The position numbers and the translations under genes are program-made. The notes beneath the pieces are model-generated. The model did not search any database and was not told the DNA's origin. It was given only the letters and a program-made list of their open reading frames with translations. Positions 62,023 through 64,000 of a stretch of DNA of 64,000 nt are shown piece by piece. The DNA is taken from positions 15,689 through 79,688 of the forward strand of contig NZ_JANFNG010000001.1 of the NCBI RefSeq assembly GCF_024436035.1. Reading direction: 5' to 3'. Position 1 is the stretch's first letter. Every line of letters starts with the position of its first letter. The stretch comes from Streptomyces humicola. Lineage in GTDB: Bacteria; Actinomycetota; Actinomycetes; Streptomycetales; Streptomycetaceae.

Positions 62023-62796
62023 ATGAGGGATGTGCCTGTGAACCGCTCCACTGTCGACGGAGGGCTGAAATCAGTATGGGCCGCGCTGGAACTGCTGGAC
62101 TGTTTCGAGGCCGCCCATGAGCTTGGAGTCTCCGACATCGCCCGACAGTTGGGTGTCGCGAAGAGCACTGCTCACCGGCTGCTCACCACGTTGTGTGCCC
62201 GCGGGCTGGTTGAGAAGAACCCGCAAAGCGGGCAATACCACCTGGGTTTGCACTTGTTGGAGTTGGGCCTGCTGGTGGCGGGCCGCTTCCGGCTCCGTCA
62301 GGCCGCGCTGCCGTTGCTGGAAGAGCTGCGGCAGCGTACCGGCTGCACGGTCCACCTGTCGGTCCCAGAGGGTGCGGACGTTTTGTTTGTGGAGCGTCTC
62401 CAGTCGCTGAACGGAATGCATCTGCTGGCCAACGTCGGACGGCGGCTGCCGGCACACTGCACCAGCTCAGGTAAGGTGATGGCGGCCTTCGACGCCACCC
62501 TTGCCCGGCAGCGACGTGAGGCCGGATTCCCCGTCCTCACGTCTTCCACAATTCGCACTCCGGCCGTCTGGGATCGGGTTCTTGTCGAGACGCGACGGCG
62601 CGGGTTCGCAGTCAGCCGCGACGAGATGACGGTCGGGCTGACGTCATTGGCTGCACCGCTCCGCGACAACGCGGGGCGGGCCCGTGCAGCGATCTCCGTC
62701 GTCGGACCGACTCGGGAGGTCGGAGACAGCATTGAACGCTCGGCGCGACTGGTGACCGAGGCTGCGCGCAAGCTCAGCCGCCGCCTGTGCCTGTGA
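62023..62796 (+). CDS. IclR family transcriptional regulator
   Basis: N-terminal HTH (ELGVSDIARQLGVAKSTAHRLLTTL). C-terminal IclR effector domain. Confidence 0.8.
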   Translation: MRDVPVNRSTVDGGLKSVWAALELLDCFEAAHELGVSDIARQLGVAKSTAHRLLTTLCARGLVEKNPQSGQYHLGLHLLELGLLVAGRFRLRQAALPLLEELRQRTGCTVHLSVPEGADVLFVERLQSLNGMHLLANVGRRLPAHCTSSGKVMAAFDATLARQRREAGFPVLTSSTIRTPAVWDRVLVETRRRGFAVSRDEMTVGLTSLAAPLRDNAGRARAAISVVGPTREVGDSIERSARLVTEAARKLSRRLCL

Positions 62797-63158
62797 TGAG
62801 GGCTGCGGGTCGGGAAGATGTGGTGCGTGGCCGCCGCCAGGTGAGTATGGACGCCTGTTCGGGAACGCTGTGAAGATCTGGGGGAGTGCAGGAGCCGGAT
62901 CAATCGGCCATCGGGTTCCGAAGCGCGCTGACAGCGTCCGGAGCATCCGAGTACTGCGAAAGCCGGACGCAAGCCGGGCGATCCACCGTCGGTTACGACT
63001 TTCTGTGCGGCCCCTGCCTGCTGCCCGCCGCGATTGGCGGACGGCGCACCGAGGATTGGAGCGTTCCACGCTCAGGAACGTATGCACGATCGACATCGCC
63101 CCGTCTCTAGCTTCTACGACCAGTGGTCCGTTCCGTACGAGTCGAGGTGGTGTGATAC

Positions 63159-63947
63159 GTGAACGCAGTCGCTCAGGCAGAGGCAGCCGATCTGCTTTTG
63201 TCTGCCTACGAGTCCCGGGTTCCGGTGGATCCGTTGGTGGAGAAGTACGGAGGGCTCACGCTGGACGATGCGTACGAGATCCAGCTGCTCCAGATCCGCC
63301 ACCGGATGATGGCCGGAGCCACGGTGAAGGGGCACAAGGTGGGCCTGTCGTCACCCGCCATGCAGCGGCAGATGGGCGTCAGCCAGCCGGACTACGGCCA
63401 TCTGCTCGATGACATGTTCTGGCTCGAACACCTACCGATCCCGGCCGACCGGTTCCTTCAGCCACGGGTCGAGCCGGAGGTCGCTTTCGTGCTCAAGCGT
63501 CCGTTGCAGGGACCCGGTGTGACGGTTGCCGAGGCAGCTGCGGCAGTCGACTTCGTCCTGCCCGCACTCGAGCTCATCGACAGCCGGATCCGGGACTGGA
63601 AGATCAGCATTTTCGACACCATCGCGGACAACGCGTCATCGGGCGGCGTGGTGCTCGGCAGCACCCTCACGCGTCTGTCTGCAGTGGATCTGCGTCTCGT
63701 TGGCTGCAACCTGCACAAGGACGGTGAGCTCGTTGCCACGGGCGCGGGCGGCGCGGTCCTGGGGTCGCCGCTGACGTCGCTGGTGTGGCTGGCCAACACG
63801 GTCGGCGCGCATGGCGTCGCACTGGAGGCAGGACACGTCGTGCTGCCCGGTTCTGTCACCGCGTCGATCCCGGTTCGCGGAGGCGACAGCGTGACCGCCG
63901 CCTTCGCCGGGCTCGGCAGCGTGACCGCGCGTTTCACGGAGGAGTGA
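63159..63947 (+). CDS. 2-keto-4-pentenoate hydratase (MhpD/XylJ/BphH family)
   Basis: GTG start. Hydratase/FAH-family blocks (LDDAYEIQ, EPEVAFVL, AAVDFVLPALELIDSRI). Confidence 0.8.
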   Translation: MNAVAQAEAADLLLSAYESRVPVDPLVEKYGGLTLDDAYEIQLLQIRHRMMAGATVKGHKVGLSSPAMQRQMGVSQPDYGHLLDDMFWLEHLPIPADRFLQPRVEPEVAFVLKRPLQGPGVTVAEAAAAVDFVLPALELIDSRIRDWKISIFDTIADNASSGGVVLGSTLTRLSAVDLRLVGCNLHKDGELVATGAGGAVLGSPLTSLVWLANTVGAHGVALEAGHVVLPGSVTASIPVRGGDSVTAAFAGLGSVTARFTEE

Positions 63948-63949
63948 GC

Positions 63950-64000
63950 ATGACGAAGGCGACGGCCGCGATCGTCGGCCCGGGCAATATCGGCACCGAC
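63950..64000 (+). CDS. acetaldehyde dehydrogenase (acetylating), MhpF/DmpF-like, 5' end only
   Basis: MTKATAAIVGPGNIGTD is the characteristic N-terminal NAD motif. The ATG overlaps the hydratase stop. Truncated by the window edge. Confidence 0.6.
   Translation, partial: MTKATAAIVGPGNIGTD

Overview
This window is high-GC (~70%) actinomycete DNA and looks like Streptomyces, because the RpoA copy here is near-identical to canonical Streptomyces RpoA. It reads as a mosaic accessory region carrying many decayed genes. These include three degenerate copies of one DDE (rve-type) transposase, an IS256 remnant, an ISAzo13 remnant, and pseudogenised or frameshifted copies of a GMC oxidoreductase, a DUF427 protein, a Ser/Thr kinase fragment, a HAD hydrolase and a SpoIIE phosphatase. 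The first ~20 kb encodes regulators (XRE-TPR, PadR, MarR), a battery of secreted hydrolases (GH30 and GH16 beta-glucanases, an S1 protease, an M14 carboxypeptidase), asparagine synthetase, and two large multi-domain PP2C (SpoIIE) phosphatases, one GAF-PP2C-HATPase and one PAS-GAF-PP2C. An orphan rpoA copy sits outside any ribosomal-protein operon. The middle holds an orphan ParA plus ribbon-helix-helix (RHH) partition-like pair. It also holds a tightly coupled four-gene operon (panD, a divergent threonine-synthase-like PLP enzyme, a TauD-like Fe/2OG oxygenase, an NAD-binding oxidoreductase), which is a candidate small-molecule or amino-acid tailoring cassette. After a phosphoesterase, a transposase-bracketed segment carries NfeD and flotillin, a Gly/Trp/His-rich 40-aa peptide, a membrane PP2C, a COG3910 ATPase, a 1174-aa subtilase and aminopeptidase C. 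The last ~12 kb (from ~52.1 kb to the window end) has visibly lower GC (~60%) and a different codon bias. It carries a group-2 soluble diiron monooxygenase operon in the order alpha, gamma, Rieske ferredoxin, effector, beta, with no reductase gene. In place of a reductase come two SCP2 lipid-binding proteins and five tandem paralogous single-pass membrane coiled-coil proteins of unknown function. The island continues with an IclR regulator and meta-cleavage lower-pathway genes (2-keto-4-pentenoate hydratase, acetaldehyde dehydrogenase). I consider this horizontally acquired hydrocarbon/aromatic oxidation island, with its uncharacterised SCP2 and 5x membrane-protein module, and the panD-PLP-oxygenase operon, the best candidates for undescribed systems. 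No rRNA, tRNA or CRISPR array was recognised.
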